Source: Felis catus (lineage: Eukaryota). From it: DNA of 64,000 nucleotides. Positions 39,386 to 50,665 of the stretch are shown one piece after another. The notes under the pieces were generated by a model. It had not been told where the DNA came from. It saw only the letters and a program-made list of their open reading frames with translations, and searched no databases. A program made the translations under genes and the position numbers. The DNA is taken from the NCBI RefSeq assembly GCF_018350175.1, contig NC_058373.1, forward strand, positions 117,802,001 to 117,866,000, given 5' to 3'. The stretch's first letter is position 1. Each line of letters opens with the position of its first letter.

Positions 39386-39454
39386 TTTTTTATTTCAGGG
39401 TTTTTTTTTTTAATTCTAGTTAGTTAACCTGTAGTATAATATTCGTTTCAGGAG
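39386..39454 (-). mobile_element. Extremely 5'-truncated carnivore L1 3' tip
   Basis: Minus strand reads ctcctgaaacgaatattatactacaggttaactaactagaattAAAA; TSD tgaagcaaaaa(aa)tt at 39371-39385 and 39455-39467. Confidence 0.8.
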
Positions 39455-39637
39455 TGAAGCAAAAATTATAATACTGTCTGAGATGGTTTTTCAATGTGTG
39501 CAGAGGAAATGTTTAAGACATTGTGTTATACATGGGGGAGGGTAAAGGTATTGAAATAATGAGAGGGGCTGGTGAGTATGATTATAAGGGGGTAGTATGA
39601 GGGAGATCTTTGTGGTGATGGAATAGTTTTATATCTT

Positions 39638-39861
39638 TTTTTTTAATTTTTTTTTCAACGTTTTTAATTTATTTTTGGGACAGAGAGAGACAGAGCATGA
39701 ACGGGGGAGGGGCAGAGAGAGAGGGAGACACAGAATCGGAAACAGGCTCCAGGCTCCGAGCCATCAGCCCAGAGCCTGACGCGGGGCTCGAACTCACGGA
39801 TCGCGAGATCATGACCTGGCTGAAGTCGGACGCTTAACCGACTGCGCCACCCAGGCGCCCC
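39638..39861 (-). mobile_element. Young feline SINEC_Fc-type element
   Basis: Perfect 18-bp TSD ggaatagttttatatctt at 39620-39637 and 39862-39879. Confidence 0.97.
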
Positions 39862-40994
39862 GGAATAGTTTTATATCTTGATTATAGTGGTGGTTCCACA
39901 AATCTATATGTGATAAAATGGCATAGAACTACACACACACATTTTACCAATGTCAACTTTCTGGTTTCCAGATTGTGCTATGATTACATAAGATGTATCC
40001 ACTGGGAGAAATTGGGTGGAGGATTTGGGGGATTCCTCTGTACTATGTGTGCAATTTCCTGTGGATCTGTAATTATTTCAAAATAAAAACTAATTTTAAA
40101 AATACAAACAAATTATATGAAATTTGAAAAAAATAATACCTAATAAGTGAAAGCAAAATGAAACAAATCCAACTGTGTATTCAGTTAGTGGCACAACCAC
40201 TCAGAGGAAGTATTTCAAGTGACCTTAAAACACAGTAATTTCACTCTACATCCTTAATAGGCAATGCCCTAAGGACAAAAAGAATTGCAAAAAAATAAAA
40301 GAAGAAGAAGAAGAAGAAAAACCTTAAATATGTTCAGTAATTGTATCATTGGAAGTCTAATTTTATTTGATACTCATATGTATGTAGGGGGCAGGGGGAA
40401 GCAAATAAATAATTATGTCAGCATCACTAAGAGCCAGGATTTTTTTAGAGTTGGAGAAAGGAGAGACAATTAAGACAGTTTCAGAAAAACTGTGTAAAAT
40501 TGAATTGAATGGGAAATATAAGTTCATAATGTATTTTCTCTTAAAAAAAATAAATCATATTTCTTAGATCCACTCACTGAAAAGTCCTAGAAACAAAAAC
40601 CAACCCAGGAACAATAAGCACCATCAGATTATGGTCTTCAAATAACATTTCCTACAAAAAGACAACAGGATTTCTTATAGAAATAGCTAATTCCAGGTCT
40701 GGGCAGGAAATGTACAAAATAAGCCTAAAACTTTTGTCTTAATATTGGGATACCAAGGAAGCCATCAGAAACTACTGGGGTTCTTTCAGAACACCAGCAC
40801 TGGCCCAAACCCCTATGGGCCAAAGATGGGACAATTTAAGCATCAATAAGAATAATAGCTCCAATGGGTTAAAATGTATCCATGGTGTTTAAATCTGTGA
40901 AATCATGATGGCACTCAACAAAATAGTAACTTTATTAATCACTTTTGGTAAATATTAGGGAACCAACTCTTTATTTTGAAAACTGGTGAATACA

Positions 40995-41400
40995 TTATTT
41001 ACAATAGTCAAATTACGGAAGCAGCCCAAGGGTCCATCGGTAGGTGAATGAGTACAGATGTTGTGGTATATATACACAATGGAATATTATTCAGCCATAA
41101 AAAAGAATGAAATCTTCCCATTTGCAACAACATGGATAGAGCTGGAGAGTATAACACCAAGCAAAATAAGTTAGTCAGAGAAAGACAAATATCATATGAT
41201 CTCACTCATGTGAAATTTAAGAAATAAAGCAAACAAACAAAGAAAAAGAGAGAAAGAGAGACAGAAACCAAAAAACAGAGTCTCAACTATAGAGAACAAA
41301 CTGATGGTTAGCAAAGGGGAGGTTGGGTGGAAGGGAGAGGGGTGAAATAAGGGATGGAGATTAGAGTATGCTTATACTGATGAAAAATAAAATAAAATAA
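40995..41400 (+). mobile_element. 5'-truncated carnivore-type L1 3' end
   Basis: atggaatattattcagccataaaaaagaatgaaatcttcccatttgcaacaacatggat...; (aaaat)n tail; diverged TSD aaactggtgaata / aaactgataaata. Confidence 0.88.
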
Positions 41401-41636
41401 ACTGATAAATAAAGGGGCAAAATTATTTATCCTGCCTGTCATATGTGAACTATACCTCACAATAACCAAAATTTTAATGAGGAGATATTTCACTTTATAG
41501 AGGTTACAGAGCTAATAAATGAAAAATTAGTGACAGCCTTGAATTAAATGTCACGTTGTTTGCAGCCCTTAACAGAATAAAGGATCTAGGCAACTACCAT
41601 CAAGGGCTGCTAACATCAATAAAAGAGAGGTAACTT

Positions 41637-41795
41637 GGGGCGCCTGGGTGACTCAGTCGCTTAGGCATCGGACTTCAGCTCAGGTCATGATCTCACGGTT
41701 CGTGAGTTCGAGCCCCGCGTCGGGCTCTGTGCTGACAGCTCAGAGCCTGGAGCCTGCTTCGGATTCTGTATCTCCCTTTCTCTCTGCCCCTCCCC

Positions 41796-41835
<40 letters not shown>

Positions 41836-41870
41836 AAGAAATAAACATTTAAAAAAAATTTTTTTAATAG
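41637..41870 (+). mobile_element. Can-SINE
   Basis: Full head, CT tract and tail; diverged TSD aagagaggtaac / aagagagataac. Confidence 0.93.
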
Positions 41871-43186
41871 AAGAGAGATAACCAGATACCAAGAGCCTCC
41901 TGATGGAAATAACACACCACCACCTAGGAGTTGTTCTTGCCCCAAAAAAGCTGAACTGAATCTGCTCAGGTCTCTAGTCTTAACAACCAATTCCCAAGAA
42001 TAACACCATGGGATGCAACAGAAAATCTGGACTCTGGAAACCCTACAGCGCAAACAACTCAGTTTCTTCCATAAACAACATGCAAGGGGGAGAGAAAGAG
42101 AGACAGACAGACAAACACACGCCAAGACCTACAGATTTAAAGAGACTTAAGAAATACCTCAGCCAATTGCAACATAGGATTCCTCTTTGGATTCTGATTT
42201 CAACTACCGGGGAGAAATAAATGTTGAACCAATATGTGATTCTGTTAAGGTCTAATTGCTACCTTGGAGCTTTGATAGCCATCGTGGGCATGTCTGCTTA
42301 TGTCCTTACCATTTAGAGATACACACTGAAAAATTTACAGATGAAATAACATGTTGCCTTGGATTTGCTTCCAAATAACCTAGGGTCAAGTAGGAAAGTG
42401 GGAGGTGAGTATAAATGAAACAAGACTGGCCATGAGTTGATCATTGTTGACACTGGGTGATAAATACATGGACATTCATTTTACTATTCTTTCCACTTTT
42501 GTACGGGTTTGAAATTTTTCATCATAAAAACTTTCTAAAATAGACCCATAGAGAGCCAGAAAACTGCATTCCTTTGGTTGCCTCCCTAATCTCCACCTGT
42601 TGGTCTTTATGGTGTTCTCTGGAGCCTAGAAGACTAGCGTCATGATAATAATAGTAGGAATATCAACGATAATAGCCAGCATTTTGGGAGCACATAGTTA
42701 CTAGGTGCTGACTCATACATTTTTTCTGCATATTTCCATGCAATCCTGACAAATTTCTAAAGTGAAAACTATTATTACTCCCATTTCGCAGGTGAGGAAC
42801 CTGAGGGAGAGATCTTGGTTTGATGATAAAGCCAAGCCTCCAACCCAGATCTGACTACAGATTTCCAGCTAATAACCACTGAACTACAGAAAGGGCAAAG
42901 GATGAGGTGGATGCCATGCCCTCAACCTTCCCTTTTGGGGGCTAAATCCTGAGTTCTTTCACTCTGTCCCCCTCCCCCCCACCCCTGCCAAAAAGGCTCC
43001 ATTGCCCCTTCCCTCCATCATCCTTGGGACATGTGCCGAGAGCTATAAATCAGTGGAGTTTCATGAGAGTTTCCCAGCCTGCTGTACAGCTTGCCCTTCC
43101 CCAGCATCACTGCGGAGATTCCCAATGGCTGGTCTTCCCTCCCTCCAGACTGGAAGCCAGAACATGTCCAGGGTGGCGTGGCTTAC

Positions 43187-43347
43187 CTGGGCCACGGTGC
43201 CTCTTCTCCATCCAGATGTAGCAGTTGTTCTGGGCCACACCGGTCTGCGAGTCCAGGAAAGGGAGACGCACGCTGCGCTCTGCGCACAGCCTCGAGTTAT
43301 AGCTTCGGCAGTGCTCGATGGCCTCCTTGTAGAACTGGTCCCCGAGT
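43187..43347 (-). CDS. DPF3: DPF3 coding exon (probable exon 2, 161 nt), Requiem/DPF N-terminal domain
   Basis: Translates to [53 protein letters not shown](G), matching the recalled DPF3 sequence. Pyrimidine-rich acceptor ...cctgctgatag|ACTC and donor CCAG|gtaagc. Confidence 0.97.
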
Positions 43348-43959
43348 CTATCAGCAGGGGAGAGAGACGGAGGAGGAATGAGACCAGGGAAAACAGAAAC
43401 ACACCCAGAGGATAAGTGATGGTACCCACCTACCTCCCTGGGAAGATTTTGCGTATCTGGAGACCAACGCAATGAGTACCAAGGGAGGGGAGGAATCCAA
43501 CTTGGTGTCAGGTCTCAACCAGGTTCTATTTCCCATGCCAAAATCACCAGGGAATTTAGAATCCCCTATAACCAAGAGCCTAGGGCCCCTAGATAAACCA
43601 CTAGTAAAAGTAACAAGTTCCCAGTCCAGGAAGCATGAGGTCCCACCTCTAGAGGTGGTTCTAGAACAATCTTCTACATGAGATCTACCAGGACCTCAGG
43701 CTTCTAGAGCCCCCTTATTAAGATCCTACATTAACCACACTTTGTTCTCAGTAACTGCCAGCAAAGGCACTCTAGAGTGAACCCAAACCCCAAAGCATGG
43801 ATGCAAGATTTCCATTGCAACCAGAGAGAAACACCCCACATAAACACAGACTAGCAGGACAGAGGAAATATCCCATAAAAGTAAAGCTATCATGGGGAAA
43901 GGAGGCGAAAAGGGGCACGAACCAGTCTTTTAAAACCACACACTGAAAAAATAACTTCT

Positions 43960-44228
43960 GGGGCGCCTGAGTGGTTCAGTCGGATAGACGTCCGACTTCA
44001 GCTCAGGTCATGATCTCATGTTCCGTAAGTTCGAGCCCCGCAACAGGCTCTGTGCTGACAGCTTGGAGCCTGAAGCCTCCTTCAGATTCTGTGTCTCCCT
44101 CTCTCTCTTCCCCTCCCATGCTCACTCTCTGTCTCTCTCATTCTTAAAAATAAATAAACATAAAAATTTTTTAAAAAATAAATAATAAAGAAAATAAAAA
44201 ATAAAGAAAATAAAAATAGAAAAATAAA
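43960..44228 (+). mobile_element. Can-SINE with a long patterned A-tail
   Basis: TSD gaaaaaataacttc at 43945-43958 and 44229-44242. Confidence 0.95.
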
Positions 44229-47200
44229 GAAAAAATAACTTCCTAACTGAAAGTAAAGGAAGGATGTATAATAGTTGCATTTTGAAGTCAAGATAATTCA
44301 ATCCCTGAAATCTAAAACACAAAGACAAAGACCTTTCTGGTTTGTTGGAGTGGTGATCTAAGCCCAGCAAATTTTATGTTACTGAATCTTTAGTATCCTT
44401 GGACATGTGGTGATGCTGCTAATTTTAAGATAATACCCTTTTCAAAGACAAAAAATATAACATTGGTAAAACCGATCAAATATTAAAAAAAAAAAATCAG
44501 TGAGATCAAATACCTACCAAATCAAAGACAGGCACATGTGGGAGGTTAATAAATGGCTCAAGGAAATACAAATGTAATAACATAACCTTGCCAGGTAGAC
44601 TTGTACTTCTTTGTGGGCAGGGGACGGAAAGGCAGGAAGGGGGGAGCCAGAGGGATTACAGGGCCAGAAGGGAGAACCAGGTAGCTCATTTTGAAGCAAC
44701 ATTATGAATGTCCCTTTGTTTTGGTTCTGCATAGATTTGAAGAGGCCAAAATCGGGGTGAGAAAGTCTCTAAGTTGAGAATAGTATATTTCTTAACAAAA
44801 ATATTTAGAGGACTAAAGAAAGCAAAATTTTAGAGGGATTTTTCTATAGTGTTTTTTTAAAAAGTCAGTGGGTCAGGGTCCACCAAGAGTTTAAAGCAAA
44901 TTTCTTATTCTGGGAAGATACAACCATTGAAGCTTCTGAGGCATCTCTTGGAAATTACTTATTTGACATCACTCCTAAAAAAAAAAAAAAAAAAAAAAGT
45001 CCCCTTGCTCCTTTTCCCCCTCTGAACATCTTCAGTTTCACAAGGAAGGCATAATGTGCTCAGAAAGTATCCCAGCAGTTGCAAAACCAAACTGTAATCA
45101 AATTATAATAGCCACACAGCTGGAAATGAATGGGGGGGGGGGTGGAAGCCCATTAAAATGCTATAAAACAGAACATGAGCTGATGTAATCAAAGATGGTA
45201 ACAAGGATCATGAGATTGATCAAAAATAAAGAACCATTTCCTACAAAGCGTTCACATCTGTGTCCCACCAGCTTAAATGCCTCCACTGCTAAGGCGACAT
45301 AGTCCAGTGTGCCAGAACTTTCACAGGCAGCTCAGCCCAGGTAAGATGACACACAGCCTGTCCAGAGTGTCCTAGACGCTCCAGCTTCTTCATGAAACAG
45401 CAACCAACCAACCAGTGGATGAGCACCAGCAATCAGTTGACGAGAACTGACAAGAACACATAACAGAGAGGTGTCCGATGTGAGAAACAGTCATCTGGTT
45501 TCCCACGATCTTTTGACAGATGGCCAAAATAGATGTTAACTATTCCAACTCCAAAAATTCTGCTGTAGGAGAAGCCATAAGAAAAAAGAAGATGGCACGC
45601 TACAACTCATCAGCTGGCGACAGGAAGGTTTCCGTTTTCAAAACAAACTCTGGAAGCCAATAGAAAAGGAAACTACAGAGGGATCTCAAACTAGACTTTT
45701 CCCGATACGCTCATTACTGGCTTCCAACAACTCCAATCCCAAAGAGAGGAACAAGAAAATGAAGTTGCTGGAAGGGAAAGTGAGTTTGGCCAAGTCCGTG
45801 CCCCACACCAAATGGAACGAGAAAGTCAAACAAAGTGGTACACTGGGTGAAAATTAATTTCACCTTAAATATTTTCCACTTTCCGTAACATGCAATGCTA
45901 TTAGTAACAGGCATGCTGGGGGGGGAATGTGTATTTTTAAATGTAATCTTGGTGTGAACGATACCTCTCTTATGTAAACAGAAAAAAAAACCTTCTTCGG
46001 ACTGGAACAACCTGCAAAAAATGTGACATCTAACACCCTCTCTGCCACTGTCTCCAGGGAACTCACTTTTAAACAGTCCAGGCATTGGCAGAGATTTGGA
46101 AACAAAAGTTTAAAGCCTTTTTCAAGATGTGGGAGGAGAAGAGAGACTTCAACCTTTTTGATAAATTCAAGCAGTGCCTCTCCAAAAGTTAATTAGCCAA
46201 AATCTTCACAGGGCTCGTTCTGCTCTCTAGAAGAAAATCGATGGCCAGGTCTCCCTAACCCGTGGAAAGCAATTTAAAACAGGAGAGAGGACAAATGTCC
46301 TTTTCAATATGGGATTTCTTTAAAAAAAAAAAAAAAAATCCCTCGATGATAGGATCCCAGGGGTGACATTTGCATTCAAGTTGTGAGGGGCAGAGGGAGC
46401 GGGGAAAGGCTGGCAGGGAATGACTCATTTTGTGGAGCGTGCCCCAGGCTGGGTCAGGCACAGCCCAGCCTCAGCCATCACCTGTCTGCATCAAACCAAG
46501 GGGGCCGGATTGCCACGGGATGATAGATGTCTTGGGCTGGAAGAAGTTGGCACAAGGCAGAAGAGAATGATGTTCTCATCAGCAGCCTACTTCGGGCTAC
46601 CCAAGGCTGCGATCAGAAGCAGGAAAGGCAAGAGGAACAAATTGCTAGGCTCTCCGCCAGAGCAGGAGCCCCCCATGGCCTATGGCTTGAAGGAGTGCTG
46701 CCTGCCCAGTTCCGGGGGCCGCTGGGCGGGGGGAGATCCCTTAGCGATCACATCTGGAGTGAGGGAGCTCCAGCCCTCAGAGCTTTCCAGTGACCCTCCT
46801 TGAGCATATCTGTGGAAAACTGGATTCCAGGGAACCAATCAGGATTCAGAGGGGTCAAAATAAGACTTCTCCAAAATAACTGTCAACCGGGCTCCAGACG
46901 TGATTTTCAGAGCCCATCACAGACCCTCTGCTCCTTTTCTTCCTCATGCCTCCACCTTTGTCTTTCTCTCTCTCTCAAGACCGTGCCCGTTCTCTTAGAT
47001 TCCGTGTCCACTGTCCTGAGCTGACTCCTAAGTCCAACCGTCCCACGCAGATACCTGGGGCCCCTCCCTCTTCACTGTCCCTCTGCTCCTGTGTTCTGAC
47101 CCAAGAACAGGTGTCCTGTCATACCCCAAACACGTGTCCAAAGGCACATTCCTCATCTCCTGCCAGAAGCCTGCTCCCTCCCCAGAGTCGCCATTCTTCT

Positions 47201-47789
47201 GGGTTGGGGGGGGGGGGGGTGTGGGGAGACGGCAGTGAGAGAACACTGCTCTTCTCTCCCTAGCAAGGTGTCCTTGGCCTTGCCCTTTCCTTCATCCCAT
47301 CTGGCACTGGGTTCTTGCATTTCTCAGGGTGTCACCCTCTTTCCATCCCTGATGCCGTCCACCAGTCCCCTTTGACAGTAAAAACAGGACCTTGGCCCAT
47401 CATTGCTATTTGTGCACATAAACAGAGATAAGCAGAGATAACAAGATAGCCTGTGGCAGGATTTCTGGCCCCTCCTTCCCCCCATCGGCCCCTCCTGTTC
47501 TCTGTGGGCACCTGGATTTCCTGCTGTCTCACCCAGCTGCCCACACGGCCACCACCACCCACAAATACACATTAAGACGCATCTCCACCGATATGCTAAC
47601 TTCCTCCCGTTTGCATTTAAATATATTTAACTCTAACTGCACCGCAGAAAGCCGGTTCCCATTTACATAGCATTTTATAACTAGCAAGCAGGGGGCAATA
47701 TTTGGCAAGGTGGAGGAACCTTTTCATTTTCCTCAGAGTTAGTTACACTCTTCCTAAACCTGCCCTTCAAAGAAAGCCAGGGTTAGGGT

Positions 47790-47855
47790 TTACTGCGGAC
47801 TGAACTGTTTCCCCTGAAATCCATGTGTTGAAGCCCTAACACCCACCCCCCTCCC

Positions 47856-47904
<49 letters not shown>

Positions 47905-48162
47905 GTTCTAGTATCTGGATACAGGGCCTTGGGGAGGTAATTAGGTCGTGAGGACAGCGTCCTCATGATAGGATTAGTGCCCCTATATAAGAAGGGACAG
48001 GAGAAAGACCTCTCTCTTCCTCTTTCTCTCTCTGCCATGTGAGCACACAGCAAGAATACACCCTTATCTCAGACTTCCCGGCCTCCAGAACTGTGGAAAA
48101 TAAGTATCTGTTGTTTAAGCCACTCAGTCTATGGCATCCTGCTCTAGCAGCCCAAGCTAAGG
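47790..48162 (+). mobile_element. MaLR solo LTR (MLT1/MST-type) containing a (CA)n tract at 47857-47902
   Basis: gactgaactgtttcccctgaaatccatgtgttgaagccctaac...gacttcccggcctccagaactgtggaaaataa...gttgtttaagccactcagtctatgg. Confidence 0.85.
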
Positions 48163-48195
48163 CGGTGTTTCTGATATTTAAAAGAGGAAAGGCCT

Positions 48196-48421
48196 GGAAC
48201 CCCTGGGTGGCTCAGTCAGTTAAGCGTCCGACTTCGGCTCAGGTCATTGATCCCGCGGTTCGTGAGTTTGAGCCCCAGGTCAGGTTCTGTGCAGACAGCT
48301 CAGAACCTGGAGCTTGCTTCAGATTCTGTGTCTCCCTCTCTCTCTGCCCCTCCCCCACTTGCGCTCTGTCTCTGTCTCTCAGAAATGAATAAACGTTAAA
48401 AAAAAAAAACAACTAATAAAA
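48196..48421 (+). mobile_element. Can-SINE
   Basis: TSD taaaa(g/t)aggaaaggcctg on both sides. Confidence 0.93.
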
Positions 48422-49629
48422 TAAAATAGGAAAGGCCTGCAGAGAATGGTGAGAGCAAGATTCCAGTCCTCTTCTTCCCTCATTCTGCCCTCTCCCAACA
48501 AAGATGGCAACAATAATACTATTCATAACGTTGGTTTCAATTCCATTCAATGTTTAATATTTGTCTTCTTTACAAGACTGTAAAGTCTCTGAGGGCAGAG
48601 ACCATCTGCGGGGGCCACTGCACGTAGCCACCTGCCCAGGGGCACCATTCATGTAAACTTCAATGTGAACGGCACCCCCTGGGGCAGTGTAACCCGGTAA
48701 CCCTGCAAGCCCACTGTTTTCCTGACTTATCCCCAGTGTCCAGCACAGAGCCCAGCACACAGATGAATTGCTTTCAACAACAACTCATATACCTATGGTA
48801 GATGTTTATATTAGGACAGTCTTCAGAGTTTGCTGCACGTATACGTTGGTGATTTCGATTGCATGGCTGCCTACTCACAACTTCCAAAAAATGTTGAGAG
48901 AATGTCTGCAACCACTCCCATTGAGTCATTGTCCCTGGGCTCCTGGGTCATTGCAGCAGCCCCCGACTACAGTCACTGCAGCTCTTCTCCCACCCATCCT
49001 GACAAAAAGGAATATCCCTGGAGCTCAGTTTTTTGTCTTTCATTCCTCAGGATGGAAGCCAAGATGGCTCCCACTGGTGCCCAAACTCCTCTGGAGGACG
49101 ACAGGGCCCTTGGAGAGCCGAGGGATTGGGGTGGAACAGAAAGAACAGAGACTTGGAATCAGGCAGATCTGAATCCAGCTCCATGGCTGACTGGCTACAA
49201 CCTCAGACCAAGTCAGTTACCCTTCCCAAGCCTCAGCTCTACTTAACCACAACGCCAACTTCAGGTCTGTGAGAGAACTAAATGACAGAAAACGTCTGAC
49301 GCATGGAGGGAAATGCCTTTCGTCAATGGTGGTTCCCTTCTCCTTCCCCCAAAGAGCAGCATCTTCTGCCCCTGTGTGGCACACCATCTTCTTCAGCTGG
49401 CTGATGCCCTCCACATGACATATGCACACCACACTCACTGCTGCAGTGTCTTTGAGGCTGGCAAGTGCCAACCCAAGCCTCTGTCCCAAAACCTCAGGCA
49501 ACCAGGAGAGCTGAGTAGCCATTGCATGATGACCCCAGCAGTCCAAAGCCTACCCCAAGAACAGAAACAGCGCCTGGCTCATTTGCTGCTCTATCCCCAA
49601 GCCCAACACAGAGCTTGCCATGTTGGGTT

Positions 49630-49672
49630 GAATGATGAATGAATGAATGAATGAATGAATGAATGAATGAAT
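49630..49672. repeat. (GAAT)n tract, L2 tail-derived
   Basis: Directly visible, following an L2-like terminus. Confidence 0.9.
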
Positions 49673-50074
49673 CCTCACCTGACCTTCTTGTATATATGAA
49701 TCAGACAGCCCTACCCCTGGACCCCAACAAAATACTTTACTCAGGTCTTTCCTCCCACCTATAATTCTTGTCTCTTGCCCCTAGCCTGGCTAATCTTAAT
49801 CTGTTCAAGGGCTGGCTGAAGGCCTGCCTCTTCCAGGAAGCCTCTCCAGTGACCCCTGCCAACAGTGTTTGCTCTCTGCCTTCTCAGGACTCCCTGAGTC
49901 TCAGCCATGTTTGGCCAGTCCGTACCATCCCCCTTATGTCTCTCCACCCAACTAGATCATAAGACTCTTGAAGACAGGAACTAAGAGTTATATATTTCCA
50001 TGCTACCCAACCAAGCACAGTGCTGGGACTGCAGAAGCGTGTGATAAGCCTTGACTGAAATGTCAGGCCATCCT

Positions 50075-50665
50075 TGGGAATGCAAGCTGGTGCAGCCTCC
50101 CTACGACCCAGCAATTGCACTACTAGGCATTTATCCACGGGATACAGGTGTGCTGTTTTGAAGGGACACATGCACCCCCATGTTTATAGCAGCACTATCA
50201 ACAATAGCCAAAGTATGGAAAGTATGCAAAGTATGCAAAGTATGGAAAAATATATATATTCCACACACACAATGGAATATTACTTGGCAATCAAAAAGAA
50301 TGAAATCTTGCCATTTGCAACTACGTGGATGGAACTGGAGGGTATTATGCTAAGTGAAATTAGTCAGACAAAGACAAAAATCATATGACCTCACTCATAT
50401 GAGGACTTTAAGTGCCAAAACAGATGAACATAGGGGAAGGGAAACAAAAATAATATAAAAACAGGGAGGGGGACAAAACAGAGGAGACTCATAAATATGG
50501 AGAACAAACTGAGGGTTACTAGAGGGGTTGTGGGAGGGGGGATGGGCTAAATGGGTCAGGGGCACTAAGGAATCTACTCCTGAAATCATTGTTGCACTAT
50601 ATGCTAACTAATTTGGATGTACATTCTAAAAAAATAAAAAATAAGATTTAAAAAAAAAAAAAAAA
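50075..50665 (+). mobile_element. Young feline-type L1 3' end (5'-truncated) with TSD
   Basis: Translates to ...MEYYLAIKKNEILPFATTWMELEGIMLSEIS; poly(A) tail; TSD gaaa(t/c)gtcaggccatcct at 50057-50074 and 50666-50683. Confidence 0.95.

Larger units (their letters stand above)
37900..39548 (+). mobile_element. Second old L1 ORF1-region fragment embedded in the larger L1
   Basis: Repeats the ORF1 motif series (gaattatctgacaagg, gagtcccagaagga, aacctacagattccagaagctgag, aacccagaactttatatccagcaaaaatatcc) already seen at 31750-32750. Confidence 0.7.
30900..40095 (+). mobile_element. Ancient near-full-length L1 (L1MC/MD-like): decayed 5' region, ORF1 (~31750-32750), ORF2 (~33860-37895), 3' UTR (~39550-40095), with many nested inserts
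   Basis: Decayed endonuclease/RT-region motifs (acattaaatgtaaatagtctaaata; aaaaatcacatgatcatctcaataga; tttttgacaaaggtacaaaagcaattca); aataaaaa terminus; diverged 15-bp TSD at 30885-30899 / 40096-40110. Confidence 0.8.
40111..42540 (+). mobile_element. Old L1 (L1MC4/5-like) 3' UTR, right half of the outer element
   Basis: aactgtgtattcagttagtggcacaaccac...gatacacactgaaaaatttacagatgaaataacatg...gtttgaaatttttcatcataaaaa terminus. Confidence 0.7.
22808..43186 (-). other. DPF3: DPF3 intron (20,379 bp, GT-AG)
   Basis: Bounded by the exon-2 donor and exon-3 acceptor. Confidence 0.9.

Noticed and set aside
43002..43415. Plus-strand 137-aa ORF antisense to exon 2
   Set aside because: Shadow of the DPF3 coding exon, with no independent evidence.
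45335..45348. Strong plus-strand donor CAG|GTAAGA suggesting an antisense transcript
   Set aside because: An isolated donor motif is expected by chance in 64 kb; no matching acceptor or promoter evidence.
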